A stretch of 24,000 nucleotides of DNA from an uncultured Anaerolineae bacterium (GCA_903875215.1 CAIQVH010000014.1:102772-126771), one strand, 5' to 3'; shown: positions 8,115 to 16,453, counted from the stretch's first letter. Numbers and translations: made by a program. Notes: generated from the sequence alone by a model not told the origin.

Positions 8115-8549
8115 ATGACGATTGTGCGCGACCTGCTGAAAGCAAAAAGTGGTGGAACGATCTTTCATGTGACCGCCGGAGCCACCGTTTTGGAAGCCAT
8201 GCAATTGATGGCCCAGCATAACATCGGGGCTGTGCTGGTTATGGATGGCGAAACGATTACCGGCATCCTTTCCGAGCGTGACATCGTACGCAAGGTGGAT
8301 CTGGCTGGCAAAACCAGCGCCGCCACGCTGGTTGGAGACATCATGACCGGGCGCGTGCTCTATATTGAGGCTGGCCAGTCGCTGGAAGAATGTATGGCGC
8401 TGATGACGGAAAAGCGCATTCGCCACCTGCCCGTACTGGAAAGCGGACGTCTGCTCGGGCTGATCTCAATCGGAGATGTGTTGCGCGAAGTCATTCACGA
8501 ACAAAAATTCATCATCAGCCAGCTCGAACACTACATCCGCGGCGGATAA
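8115..8549 (+). CDS. Standalone CBS-pair (Bateman) domain protein
   Basis: The track ORF is trimmed to the ATG at 8115, which follows GAGGAGACTGCT. There are two CBS motifs: GAVLVMDGETITGILSERDIVRKV and HLPVLESGRLLGLISIGDVLREV. Confidence 0.88.
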   Translation: MTIVRDLLKAKSGGTIFHVTAGATVLEAMQLMAQHNIGAVLVMDGETITGILSERDIVRKVDLAGKTSAATLVGDIMTGRVLYIEAGQSLEECMALMTEKRIRHLPVLESGRLLGLISIGDVLREVIHEQKFIISQLEHYIRGG

Positions 8550-8576
8550 ATCCTTCCATCTCACAGACAGACACGA

Positions 8577-8608
8577 CAGCGGGACAGATTATTGTCCCGC
8601 TGTTTGAT
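8577..8608 (+). terminator. Rho-independent terminator of the CBS gene
   Basis: Perfect 9-bp stem CAGCGGGAC / GTCCCGCTG with an 8-nt loop, followed by TTTGATT. Confidence 0.7.
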
Positions 8609-8723
8609 TCTCGTTCCGCAATACATCACCAAGCGGATACATCACCTTCCACCCCTGAAAGTGTATTGAGCCGTAACTATTGATAATAGGCTGGGTTGTA
8701 ATGATTGAATTTCAAACAAGTAG

Positions 8724-8752
8724 TTGACAATCAAACAAATAATCAGTATCAT
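8724..8752 (+). promoter_or_regulatory. Near-consensus sigma-70-type promoter inside a ~570-bp non-coding spacer
   Basis: TTGACA (8724-8729), exactly 17 nt of spacer, then TATCAT (8747-8752). It lies about 430 nt upstream of the DeoR start codon. Confidence 0.45.
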
Positions 8753-9181
8753 ATTTTCAAAACCGAACATTTCTTGAGTTATTCTGACACTTAAAGCCAA
8801 TTTATCATATTCCTTGTCCATAGGGCGGTTCTTAACACTGGCTTGGCAGAATAGCAATTAAGCGCAGCGAACATGGCGTATTTATTGGATCAGGTTTTCT
8901 AAACTTCAGGTTAGAGGTACTGTGGAATTCTTTTCCAGTCCAAAAGCGATAGCCCCTTGAAATAAGGGAATGAAGTGTCCAGTCACCAGTTCTAAGCGTT
9001 TTTATACTGAAGAACTAAAAAGTACACACCTCCTCTTTATTTTTTGCGAAGATAACCTACTGGTAGCGAAAAGGAAAACATTTATGCCCGGAAATGGCAT
9101 CGAACGCGAAACCATAATTTAATAATCGCGTTTGGGTTTGGCTAAGTTTTCAGCATCTCAATTGATGCGACAGGAATCCTG

Positions 9182-9958
9182 ATGAACGCTGCTGAACGGC
9201 AAAACAAAATTGTTGAGTTGGTCATGGCTCAAGGTGGTACTTCAATTCCGGAGCTGTGTGAACTTTTTGATATCTCCGAGATGACCGCTCGGCGAGATCT
9301 TACCGAACTTGACAGGCAAGGTCTCTTAAGGCGAGTTCATGGAGGGGCAGTATCCAATCTCGGACGAAGTTACGAACCGCCATTTCCAATCCGCGCCTCC
9401 AAAAACCAATCAGCCAAAGTAGCGATTGGATTGAAGGCAGCCGAACTGGTTTTCGATGGTGACAGCATTGCCCTCGATGTTGGTACAACCACCCTCGAAA
9501 TTGTTCCGGGTCTGGTTGAAAAGCGCAATCTCACAATTGTGACATCCTGTCTTCAGATCGCCAATCTGGTTGTGGATAAATTATCCCTGGAAGTGAATGC
9601 TCGCCTGATCCTGACAGGCGGCATTGTTCGCCCGCGTGAACTCTCAATGATTGGTTCCATTCCTGAGCAGATTTATCGCGATTTGCATGTCGACAAAGCT
9701 TTTATCGGTATTGGGGGGATCAGTTTGGAAGATGGCTTAACTGAATTCAGCATGGAAGACGCGCATGTTAAGAAAATGCTTATCCACTGTGCAAATGAAA
9801 AAATTATTGTAGTAGACGGAAGCAAGTTTGGGGTAACAACTTTTGCAAATGTTGGTCCTTTGAACCTGGTGACCCGTATCATCACAGATGAAAGCGCTCC
9901 TCCGGGCATCGTGGCGGAAATTCGTAAAAAGGGCGTGGATGTAATCATCGCCAGGTAA
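9182..9958 (+). CDS. DeoR/GlpR-family transcriptional regulator (SgcR-like)
   Basis: N-terminal HTH RQNKIVELV...SIPELCELFDISEMTARRDLTELDRQGLLRRVHGGA. C-terminal DeoR sugar-phosphate sensor region with DKAFIGIGGIS. RBS AGGA. Confidence 0.9.
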   Translation: MNAAERQNKIVELVMAQGGTSIPELCELFDISEMTARRDLTELDRQGLLRRVHGGAVSNLGRSYEPPFPIRASKNQSAKVAIGLKAAELVFDGDSIALDVGTTTLEIVPGLVEKRNLTIVTSCLQIANLVVDKLSLEVNARLILTGGIVRPRELSMIGSIPEQIYRDLHVDKAFIGIGGISLEDGLTEFSMEDAHVKKMLIHCANEKIIVVDGSKFGVTTFANVGPLNLVTRIITDESAPPGIVAEIRKKGVDVIIAR

Positions 9959-9994
9959 AAGAATTAATGCATTTCGTTACAAGGAGACTGAACA

Positions 9995-10303
9995 ATGCCA
10001 GGCCCAAAATCCCCAGAAAAGCTTTATAAAATCGTCGTCGCGTGTGGTACAGGGATAGCGACATCAACGCACGTTGCCATGAAAGTTAAGGAGATGCTTG
10101 AGGAACGTGGTTTGCAAGTGCATACTATTCAATGCCGCGTTGTTGAAGTGCTCAATTTAGCTCCGGATGCTGACCTTCTGATCGCCACAGCTCAGGTCCC
10201 GTTTGATATAACCATCCCAGTGGTGAATGGCATCCCGTTCTTAACCGGAATTGGAGTAAAGGAGGTGATCGACCAGATCGAGAAAATCTTACGCAGTAAA
10301 TAA
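9995..10303 (+). CDS. PTS EIIB component, galactitol/lactose-type (GatB/SgcB-like)
   Basis: 102 aa. KIVVACGTGIATSTHVA contains the phospho-Cys loop typical of this IIB class. RBS AAGGAG. Confidence 0.88.
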   Translation: MPGPKSPEKLYKIVVACGTGIATSTHVAMKVKEMLEERGLQVHTIQCRVVEVLNLAPDADLLIATAQVPFDITIPVVNGIPFLTGIGVKEVIDQIEKILRSK

Positions 10304-10344
10304 TTGTTTTTTCAAATTCAAACTTTCGTAACCCTGAGGAGAAT

Positions 10345-11616
10345 ATGATGGAAGCGATAAAATCAGTTTTTGACTTTCTGACCAGCCTTGGTTCACCGGT
10401 CATGTTACCGATTGTGATTTTTATCCTTGGCCTGATATTGGGACAGAAAATCAGCCGGGCTTTTGTTTCTGCAATGACTGTCGGGGTAGGCTTTGTGGGT
10501 CTCGGCCTGGTGATCAGCTTGCTATTTCAAGGATTGGGCCCGGCAACAGATGCGTTTGTAAAGGCTCGCGGTTTACAGCTAAATGCTCTTGATGTTGGTT
10601 GGGGCGTGGCGGCAGCCATTGCCTTCGGCACCGCCATCGGCTCGCTCGTCTTTATCGTTGCCTTAGGCGTGAACATCATTATGCTCGCCTTCCGCTGGAC
10701 CAAAACCCTGAATGTGGATATGTGGAACTATTGGCATTATGCTTTCACGGGGTCCCTGGTCTATCTGGTATCCGGAAACAACATGGTGCTGGGTTTACTC
10801 GCTGCCGCAATCCATGCTGCAGCATCCCTGTTGATTGCCGACTGGACTGCTAAAGACGTACAGGAATTCTTTAAAATTCCGGGTGTCTCAATCCCGCAAG
10901 GTTGGGCTATCACTAGCGTTCCGATCATTAAAGGCTTGAATTGGATCGTAGAACAGATTCCTGGGTTGCGCGACATTCATTGGGACTCTGAATCACTTCA
11001 AAAACGGTTGGGCGTATTTGGGCAACCCATCATCATGGGCGCTATCCTTGGTCTGCTCTTCGGCCTGCTCGCCTATGGTTTCAGCACACAGGTTTTGACC
11101 CTGGCAGTGCAAATGGCCGCCGTGATGCTGCTGATCCCGCGCATTATCGCCATCTTCATGGAAGGGCTGACGCCGCTCTCCGAAGCAGCTCGCGAATTCA
11201 TGAAGAAGCGCTTCGCCGGTCGGGATTTCTACATCGGCCTCGATTCAGCCATTCTGATTGGGCACCCGATCACCATCTCTGCGGGTATTCTTCTCATCCC
11301 GATCACCTTGCTCCTGGCCGCTATTCTGCCGGGAAATAACACTCTGCCTGCCGCTGACTTGGCCGCCACTGCCTTCTTTGTCGCGATGGTTCCGCCGCTG
11401 ACCAAGGGCAATCTGTTCCGCTCGATTCTGTATGGGATCGTCATTATGGTGGTGGTACTCTACATTTCCAGCGCCTTTGCGCCATTGCTGACCCAGGTAG
11501 CAGCGAGCATCAAGTTTGCCATCCCCGAAGGGGCAGTCCAGATTACTGGTTTATCCGGTGGTAACTGGATTGCGTGGGTCTTGACCTCGGTTACCAAACT
11601 GGTCTTCGGTCATTAA
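10345..11616 (+). CDS. PTS EIIC permease, galactitol family (GatC/SgcC-like)
   Basis: 423 aa polytopic membrane protein. The N-terminus LGSPVMLPIVIFILGLILG...VGVGFVGLGLVISLL resembles GatC as I recall it. RBS GAGGAG. Confidence 0.88.
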   Translation: MMEAIKSVFDFLTSLGSPVMLPIVIFILGLILGQKISRAFVSAMTVGVGFVGLGLVISLLFQGLGPATDAFVKARGLQLNALDVGWGVAAAIAFGTAIGSLVFIVALGVNIIMLAFRWTKTLNVDMWNYWHYAFTGSLVYLVSGNNMVLGLLAAAIHAAASLLIADWTAKDVQEFFKIPGVSIPQGWAITSVPIIKGLNWIVEQIPGLRDIHWDSESLQKRLGVFGQPIIMGAILGLLFGLLAYGFSTQVLTLAVQMAAVMLLIPRIIAIFMEGLTPLSEAAREFMKKRFAGRDFYIGLDSAILIGHPITISAGILLIPITLLLAAILPGNNTLPAADLAATAFFVAMVPPLTKGNLFRSILYGIVIMVVVLYISSAFAPLLTQVAASIKFAIPEGAVQITGLSGGNWIAWVLTSVTKLVFGH

Positions 11617-11655
11617 TCTATAGATTTCCCGGTTGGATGACGGGATTGAATGTAA

Positions 11656-11688
11656 GAGTTGGAGGAGGGCAACGCCCTCCTCCAACTC
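11656..11688 (+). promoter_or_regulatory. Very strong intra-operon stem-loop between the IIC and M42-peptidase genes
   Basis: Perfect 15-bp arms GAGTTGGAGGAGGGC / GCCCTCCTCCAACTC around a 3-nt AAC loop. It is followed by GAAAAAGACCCCTTTTATT, with no immediate U-tract. Confidence 0.6.
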
Positions 11689-11734
11689 GAAAAAGACCCC
11701 TTTTATTCGCATAAGATTATAATTGAGAACAGCT

Positions 11735-12832
11735 ATGCCCGATTTTGACCTGGATTTGCTGGAACAACTTTGCGCCATTCACGCCGTTTCGGGCAGAGAA
11801 GACCGGATGACGGCTTTTATTCGAGACAGGATACGCCCGCTTGTGGATGAAGTAAGCGTGGATAATCTGGGGAATGTAGTGGGCATTTTGAAAGGAACGA
11901 AATATCCAGATTATCGTCTGATGCTTCAAGCGCATATGGATGAATTGGGATTAATCATCCGCAATATCACAGAAGACGGTTTCCTGAGAATCGAACGTGT
12001 GGGCGGAATTCCGGAAAAAACTCTAATGGGGCAGCGGGTTGACATCCTTACGGATGATGACCGGCTGTTTCCGGGTTATATTGGTGCAAAATCGCACCAC
12101 ATTACCAGTGCTGACGAAAAATACAAGGTTCCGAGCGTCCACGACATGTTCATTGACGTAGGAATGATCAGCCGCGAGCAGGTTGAGAAGGCGGGTATCC
12201 AAGTCGGTGACCCGATCACATATTTTCCGAATTTTCAACGCTTTGGGGATGGGATGATTTGTTCCAAGGCGCTGGATAATCGCGTGGGTGTTCTGATTTT
12301 GCTGGAAATTCTTAAATCTTTCTCTCAAAACCGTCCAGAATCAACGTTAATTTTCTCTTTCACTGTGTTGGAAGAATTCAGTATTCGCGGTTCATTACCA
12401 ACCGTGACGGCCACAAAGCCCAACGCCATTATTTCGTTTGACATTACGATTGCCACCGATACTCCCAGCGATAAACCTTTGCACCCCGTTGCCATGCGCA
12501 AAGGTCCGGCCATCAAGTTAATGGATTTTCACGGACGAGGCACCCTGGGAGGCTTGTTTTCTTCGCCAAAGCTGCGCCGTTTTATCGAAGCTATCGCTCG
12601 TAAAGAAGGAATTCCTTTACAGCGTGAAGTAATTGTAGGTGTGATTACGGACCCGGCTTTTCAATTGTACCTGGATGACAAGGGTTATATTATTGCAGCG
12701 CTATCCGTTCCGCATCGTTACAGTCATGCCCCAATACAAATGTGCCATGAAACTGATATCGCAAGCACGATCCAATTGGTTCGTGCGTTTGTCCCAGCTT
12801 TTAGTCCGGCGATAGATTTGAGCCGGGGATAG
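11735..12832 (+). CDS. M42-family metallopeptidase (FrvX/YpdE/SgcX-like aminopeptidase, formerly annotated as endoglucanase)
   Basis: Motifs AHMDELGLII, SKALDNRVGV, TVLEEFSIRG and the C-terminal PHRYSHAP are typical of M42. I took the ATG at 11735. The track begins at an upstream TTG at 11723. Confidence 0.88.
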   Translation: MPDFDLDLLEQLCAIHAVSGREDRMTAFIRDRIRPLVDEVSVDNLGNVVGILKGTKYPDYRLMLQAHMDELGLIIRNITEDGFLRIERVGGIPEKTLMGQRVDILTDDDRLFPGYIGAKSHHITSADEKYKVPSVHDMFIDVGMISREQVEKAGIQVGDPITYFPNFQRFGDGMICSKALDNRVGVLILLEILKSFSQNRPESTLIFSFTVLEEFSIRGSLPTVTATKPNAIISFDITIATDTPSDKPLHPVAMRKGPAIKLMDFHGRGTLGGLFSSPKLRRFIEAIARKEGIPLQREVIVGVITDPAFQLYLDDKGYIIAALSVPHRYSHAPIQMCHETDIASTIQLVRAFVPAFSPAIDLSRG

Positions 12833-12886
12833 CCAACTGATTCACTTTATGGCATGCTCTTTTGCATATCATCAGGAGGAATACAA

Positions 12887-13696
12887 ATGATAGACTGGAT
12901 AAAGGAATTATTTAGGGTTGAAAAGCCGATTATTGGAATGTGCCACATGCAAGCGATGCCCGGCGATCCTTCCTACGATTCATTGAAGGGTTTGGCGTGG
13001 GTGTTCGAGCGCGCGCGCCAGGATCTACTGGCCCTGCAAGAAGGAGGCGTAGATGCGATTCTTTTTTCAAATGAATTTAGCCTGCCTTACCTTACCAAGG
13101 TTGAGACCATTACAGTCGCTTCGATGGCAGCCATTATTGCGGAGTTGAAAGCAGATCTCAAGATTCCTTACGGAATCAATGTCTTGTGGGATCCGTCTGC
13201 TTCCATCGATCTGGCAATGGCGACTGGCGCACAGTTTGTGCGCGAGATTTTTACCGGCGTATACGGCAGCGATTTTGGCTTGTGGAACACAAACGCGGGT
13301 GAGGTTATCCGCCATCAGCATGCTATTGGTGCGCAACATATCCGCCTGTTTTTTAACATCGTCCCCGAGGCGGCCGCTTATTTGGGTAGTCGCCAGATCG
13401 CCGATATCGCCCGGTCGACTGTTTTCAATGCCCAGCCCGACGCGTTGTGTGTATCAGGGCTTATTGCTGGTGCTGAAACTTCCACGCAGACTCTCAAACA
13501 GGTTAAAGATGCCGTGCCGCAAACGCCCGTTTTTGCTAATACCGGCGTGACTGTCGAAAACATCGCCAATCAATTGTCCACTGCTGACGGTGCCATCATC
13601 GGTACGGCCTTTAAAAAATCAGGCCACACCTGGAACTCAGTGGAAGTGGAACGCGTGCGGGCGTTGATGCAGAAAGCCCACGAGGTTAGAAAATAA
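12887..13696 (+). CDS. BtpA/SgcQ-family TIM-barrel protein
   Basis: The track ORF is trimmed to the ATG at 12887, which follows AGGAGGAATACAA. KPIIGMCHMQAMPGDPSYD...EGGVDAILFSNEFSLPY matches the BtpA-family N-terminal pattern. Confidence 0.85.
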   Translation: MIDWIKELFRVEKPIIGMCHMQAMPGDPSYDSLKGLAWVFERARQDLLALQEGGVDAILFSNEFSLPYLTKVETITVASMAAIIAELKADLKIPYGINVLWDPSASIDLAMATGAQFVREIFTGVYGSDFGLWNTNAGEVIRHQHAIGAQHIRLFFNIVPEAAAYLGSRQIADIARSTVFNAQPDALCVSGLIAGAETSTQTLKQVKDAVPQTPVFANTGVTVENIANQLSTADGAIIGTAFKKSGHTWNSVEVERVRALMQKAHEVRK

Positions 13697-13739
13697 GCAT
13701 GTCTACCAGTGGGTACTGCGAAGCTTCGGGAAAAGTCAA

Positions 13740-14396
13740 ATGGGATTAAAGATTGCCCCTTCCCTGGCCTCTGCGCCGCTTGATCGCTTGGGGCAGGTCA
13801 TCCATGAATTGGAACAATCCGGCGCGGATTCGATTCACTTTGACATCGAGGATGGCGTCTTTACCCCGGTGATGACGCTGGGGACCAAGATCATCGCCGA
13901 CCTGCGGCCGCTTACCCGTTTGCCCTTTGATATCCACTTGATGATGGTCAACCCGGAATGGTTGATCCCCAGCCTGGCACGGATGGGAGCGAATCGCATC
14001 TCGGTTCACTACGAGACCTGCCCATATCCCCGCAGAATTCTGCGCGCAATAACAACCCACGGCGTTCAGGCAGGCCTGGCACTCAACCCGGCAACTCCCC
14101 TGCCCGATTTGGCGTTTTTGCGCCCATACCTTTCTTTCGTAGTTGTGTTGACCACCGAACCAGAGATACCCGACTCTCCTTTTTTGCCATCGATTCTGAA
14201 CAAGGTGACCAGTGGAAAAATGAACCCGGCGCTGGACGGTATTGAGTGGATTGCCGATGGCGGCATCGATGCGAATAATCTATCCCAGGTCATTCAGGTT
14301 GGCGCAGGTTCCATCGTGGCGGGGCGGGCGGTTTTTAAAGATGGGACGATAACAAAAAATCTACAAGCTCTGCGCCAGGCAACAGCCCAACCATAG
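13740..14396 (+). CDS. Ribulose-phosphate 3-epimerase family protein (SgcE-like paralogue)
   Basis: IAPSLASAPLDRLG...GADSIHFDIEDGVFTPVMTLG...PFDIHLMV...ISVHYE...IADGGI follows the Rpe metal and substrate motif order. Confidence 0.88.
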   Translation: MGLKIAPSLASAPLDRLGQVIHELEQSGADSIHFDIEDGVFTPVMTLGTKIIADLRPLTRLPFDIHLMMVNPEWLIPSLARMGANRISVHYETCPYPRRILRAITTHGVQAGLALNPATPLPDLAFLRPYLSFVVVLTTEPEIPDSPFLPSILNKVTSGKMNPALDGIEWIADGGIDANNLSQVIQVGAGSIVAGRAVFKDGTITKNLQALRQATAQP

Positions 14397-14402
14397 GATA
14401 CC

Positions 14403-14888
14403 ATGCATTACACACTGGTCGATTTACTTAAGTCCGAGCATATCATGATGGCTGTACAGGCCGCAGATGCTAAAGCCGCCATTGAGCTTCTTACAGCTGC
14501 ACTGGTTGAAAGTGGATATGCCGAACCTGAATTTTCTGTGGATGTGTGGAAACGAGAGCTTGCATTCCCAACCGGTTTGCCGACCCAGCCAGTGGCGATT
14601 GCTATCCCGCATGCAGATCCCGATCATGTCAATAATTCGGCCGTCTGCATTGGAGTTTTGGCAACCCCGGTAGAATTTGGACAAATGGGAACGGATGGTT
14701 CTATAAAATTGCTGGTCAATATTGTTTTTTTGCTTGCGATCAAGGAACGCGAGAAGCAGGTTGCCATGATCCAGCAATTAATAACCCTGATACAAAGTCC
14801 AGCTCTGCTGGCTGGATTAATTTCCGCTAAGGACAAAAATCAGGTACTGGATTTGATCCAACAAACATTGAATGAAGAGCATAAATGA
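14403..14888 (+). CDS. PTS EIIA component, type 2 (fructose/mannitol family; SgcA/GatA-like)
   Basis: FPTGLPTQPVAIAIPHADPDH contains the phospho-His loop. 161 aa. The stop overlaps the next start (ATGA). Confidence 0.88.
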   Translation: MHYTLVDLLKSEHIMMAVQAADAKAAIELLTAALVESGYAEPEFSVDVWKRELAFPTGLPTQPVAIAIPHADPDHVNNSAVCIGVLATPVEFGQMGTDGSIKLLVNIVFLLAIKEREKQVAMIQQLITLIQSPALLAGLISAKDKNQVLDLIQQTLNEEHK

Positions 14889-15154
14889 TAAATAGTATAT
14901 CGAAGGTAATAAACGATGTCGGGTTGCATGCTCGTCCAGCCGCTGAATTTGTTAAATTAGCGTCTGGATTTCAGGCTTCCATCAAGGTTCGGAATTTAAC
15001 CAGCGCTTCAGCTTGGGTGGACGCCAAAAGTATTATAAGCATCCTCATGTTAGGCGTGTCCAAGGACCATGAAGTAGAATTAATGGCGGATGGTTTGGAT
15101 GAGGAACTGGCCATTACCACTCTTCGCAATCTGATTGAGTCTAATTTTAAATAA
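14885..15154 (+). CDS. HPr-family phosphocarrier protein
   Basis: The GLHARPAAEFV motif carries the active-site His. DAKSIISILMLGV carries the regulatory-Ser region. 89 aa. Confidence 0.92.
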   Translation: MINSISKVINDVGLHARPAAEFVKLASGFQASIKVRNLTSASAWVDAKSIISILMLGVSKDHEVELMADGLDEELAITTLRNLIESNFK

Positions 15155-15241
15155 TCCTTGGGCGATCGTTGCGTCTACTACCGGCCAGCGCGAGTTTAAG
15201 CTCGCGAGATCAACCGGCAGCCGGGGGATGCAGAAGGTGGA

Positions 15242-15273
15242 ATTTTGGGTTGGAAAAAAGGGTGACCCAAAAT
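15242..15273 (+). terminator. Hairpin at the right edge of the low-GC block, possibly the terminator of the PTS operon
   Basis: Perfect 9-bp arms ATTTTGGGT / ACCCAAAAT with a 14-nt loop, followed by CACAAATTATTTT. The large loop and interrupted T-tract make the terminator function uncertain. Confidence 0.3.
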
Positions 15274-15357
15274 CACAAATTATTTTGACCTTTTTGGTTA
15301 CAATTCTCATTACTTTTGTCACTCAACCGGTCGGGGGCTTTTGACTAACATTACAAC

Positions 15358-15750
15358 ATGCACGAACTAGCTGTCACCGAAAGCATTTTGGAAATCGCCT
15401 TGCGACACGCCAGCCAGCAAAACGCCCGCAGGATTACGGATCTGTTCATCGTGATGGGCGCCTGGTCATCCACGGTGGATGATTCTGTCCAGTTTTACTG
15501 GGAGATGATCAGCGAGGGCACTCTCGCTCAAGGCGCGCAACTGCACTTTCGGCGCATTCCCACCCGGCTGGAGTGCAAGAGTTGCGGGCATTCCTATCAG
15601 CCGGATGGACGCCAATTGCAATGCCCAAACTGTCAGAGCCTCCAGGTCAAGGTCAAAACCGGGGAGGAGTTCTACCTCGAAGCGATTGAGGTGGAGACAG
15701 AGCCCGGCGACGCAAAAACCAATCTACAGAAATCAAGCCAATCCCTATGA
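15358..15750 (+). CDS. hypA: Hydrogenase nickel-insertion metallochaperone HypA
   Basis: N-terminal MHE nickel-binding motif (MHELAVTESIL). Zinc site CKSC...CPNC. The stop overlaps the hypB start (ATGA). Confidence 0.93.
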   Translation: MHELAVTESILEIALRHASQQNARRITDLFIVMGAWSSTVDDSVQFYWEMISEGTLAQGAQLHFRRIPTRLECKSCGHSYQPDGRQLQCPNCQSLQVKVKTGEEFYLEAIEVETEPGDAKTNLQKSSQSL

Positions 15751-16436
15751 CCCAACGCATTCCCATTGTTGAAAAAATCCTTTCGGCCAATGATCGGCTC
15801 GCGATTGAAAACCGTGCCAGGTTTGACGCGGCAGGCGTCTTTACGTTGAATGTGATGGCCTCGCCCGGCGCAGGGAAAACTTCGTTGATAGAAAAAACCG
15901 TCAGCGCCTTAAAAGGTTCGCTGAGAATCGGTATGATCAACGGCGACATCGCTACCAGCCTGGATGCCGATCGGGCGGCGGCGGCAGGCGCGGCGGCTGT
16001 GCAGATCAATACCGGCGGCGATTGTCATCTGGATGCCGTCATGCTCCAGGCCGCCCTTCCGCAGCTTGATCTGGCCCGGCTCGACCTGATCATTGTCGAA
16101 AATGTTGGCAACCTGGTCTGCCCGGCAGAATTTCAACTGGGCACCCATAAAAGTGTGTTGGTGGCCTCCATCCCCGAAGGCGACGATAAACCCTATAAAT
16201 ATCCGGGCATGTATCGCGGCGTGGATGCGGTGGTGATCAACAAAATTGACCTGCTGCCGTATGTCCCCTTCCGCAGGGAATTTTTCAAAAATGGCATTGA
16301 GGTGCTCAACCCTGGTGTGACCCAGTTTGAACTCTCCTGCCGGACGGGTGAAGGTTTGCCAGCCTGGCTGGCCTGGCTGGTGGCGCAGGTCTCCAGCACC
16401 AGGCAGAATTCCGTTTCTGGCCATCTGGCTTCCTGA
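15747..16436 (+). CDS. hypB: Hydrogenase nickel-incorporation GTPase HypB
   Basis: P-loop SPGAGKTSL, metal-site GGDCHLDA, ENVGNLVCPA, NKIDL. It lacks the N-terminal CxxCGC/His-rich extension seen in some HypB proteins. Confidence 0.93.
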   Translation: MTQRIPIVEKILSANDRLAIENRARFDAAGVFTLNVMASPGAGKTSLIEKTVSALKGSLRIGMINGDIATSLDADRAAAAGAAAVQINTGGDCHLDAVMLQAALPQLDLARLDLIIVENVGNLVCPAEFQLGTHKSVLVASIPEGDDKPYKYPGMYRGVDAVVINKIDLLPYVPFRREFFKNGIEVLNPGVTQFELSCRTGEGLPAWLAWLVAQVSSTRQNSVSGHLAS

Positions 16437-16453
16437 GTTTTCCTAAAAAAACC

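Larger units (their letters stand above)
8609..15357. other. Compositionally distinct (visibly AT-richer) segment carrying the sgc-like PTS operon. Candidate horizontally acquired block with no recognisable mobility genes.
   Basis: By eye, GC drops from roughly 60% or more in the flanks to roughly the mid-40s here, and codons shift to A/T-ending. The edges coincide with the CBS terminator on the left and the hypA upstream region on the right. Confidence 0.6.

Noticed and set aside
8642-8857. Small minus-strand ORF (71 aa from TTG, 59 aa from the ATG at 8821) with a hydrophobic stretch, antisense to the consensus promoter. I considered it as a type I toxin-antitoxin-like pair.
   Set aside because: It has no Shine-Dalgarno sequence, AT-rich random-like composition and no terminator. 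The evidence is insufficient, so it is mentioned only as a possibility to test alongside TSS mapping of the spacer.
11718-11723. TATAAT hexamer 12 nt upstream of the M42 ATG, considered as an internal promoter
   Set aside because: No acceptable -35 element lies at 17 nt spacing (GACCCC). It is kept only as a side note to the hairpin finding.
8550-15170. Short shared sequence (AATCCTT) just after the stop codons flanking the low-GC block, considered as att-like direct repeats
   Set aside because: A 7-nt match between two ~200-bp regions is expected by chance. There is no integrase or tRNA to support site-specific integration.
15135-15344. 69-aa plus-strand ORF starting within the 3' end of the HPr gene
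   Set aside because: It overlaps HPr, has no RBS, and spans the junction hairpin and the compositional boundary. It is probably non-coding.
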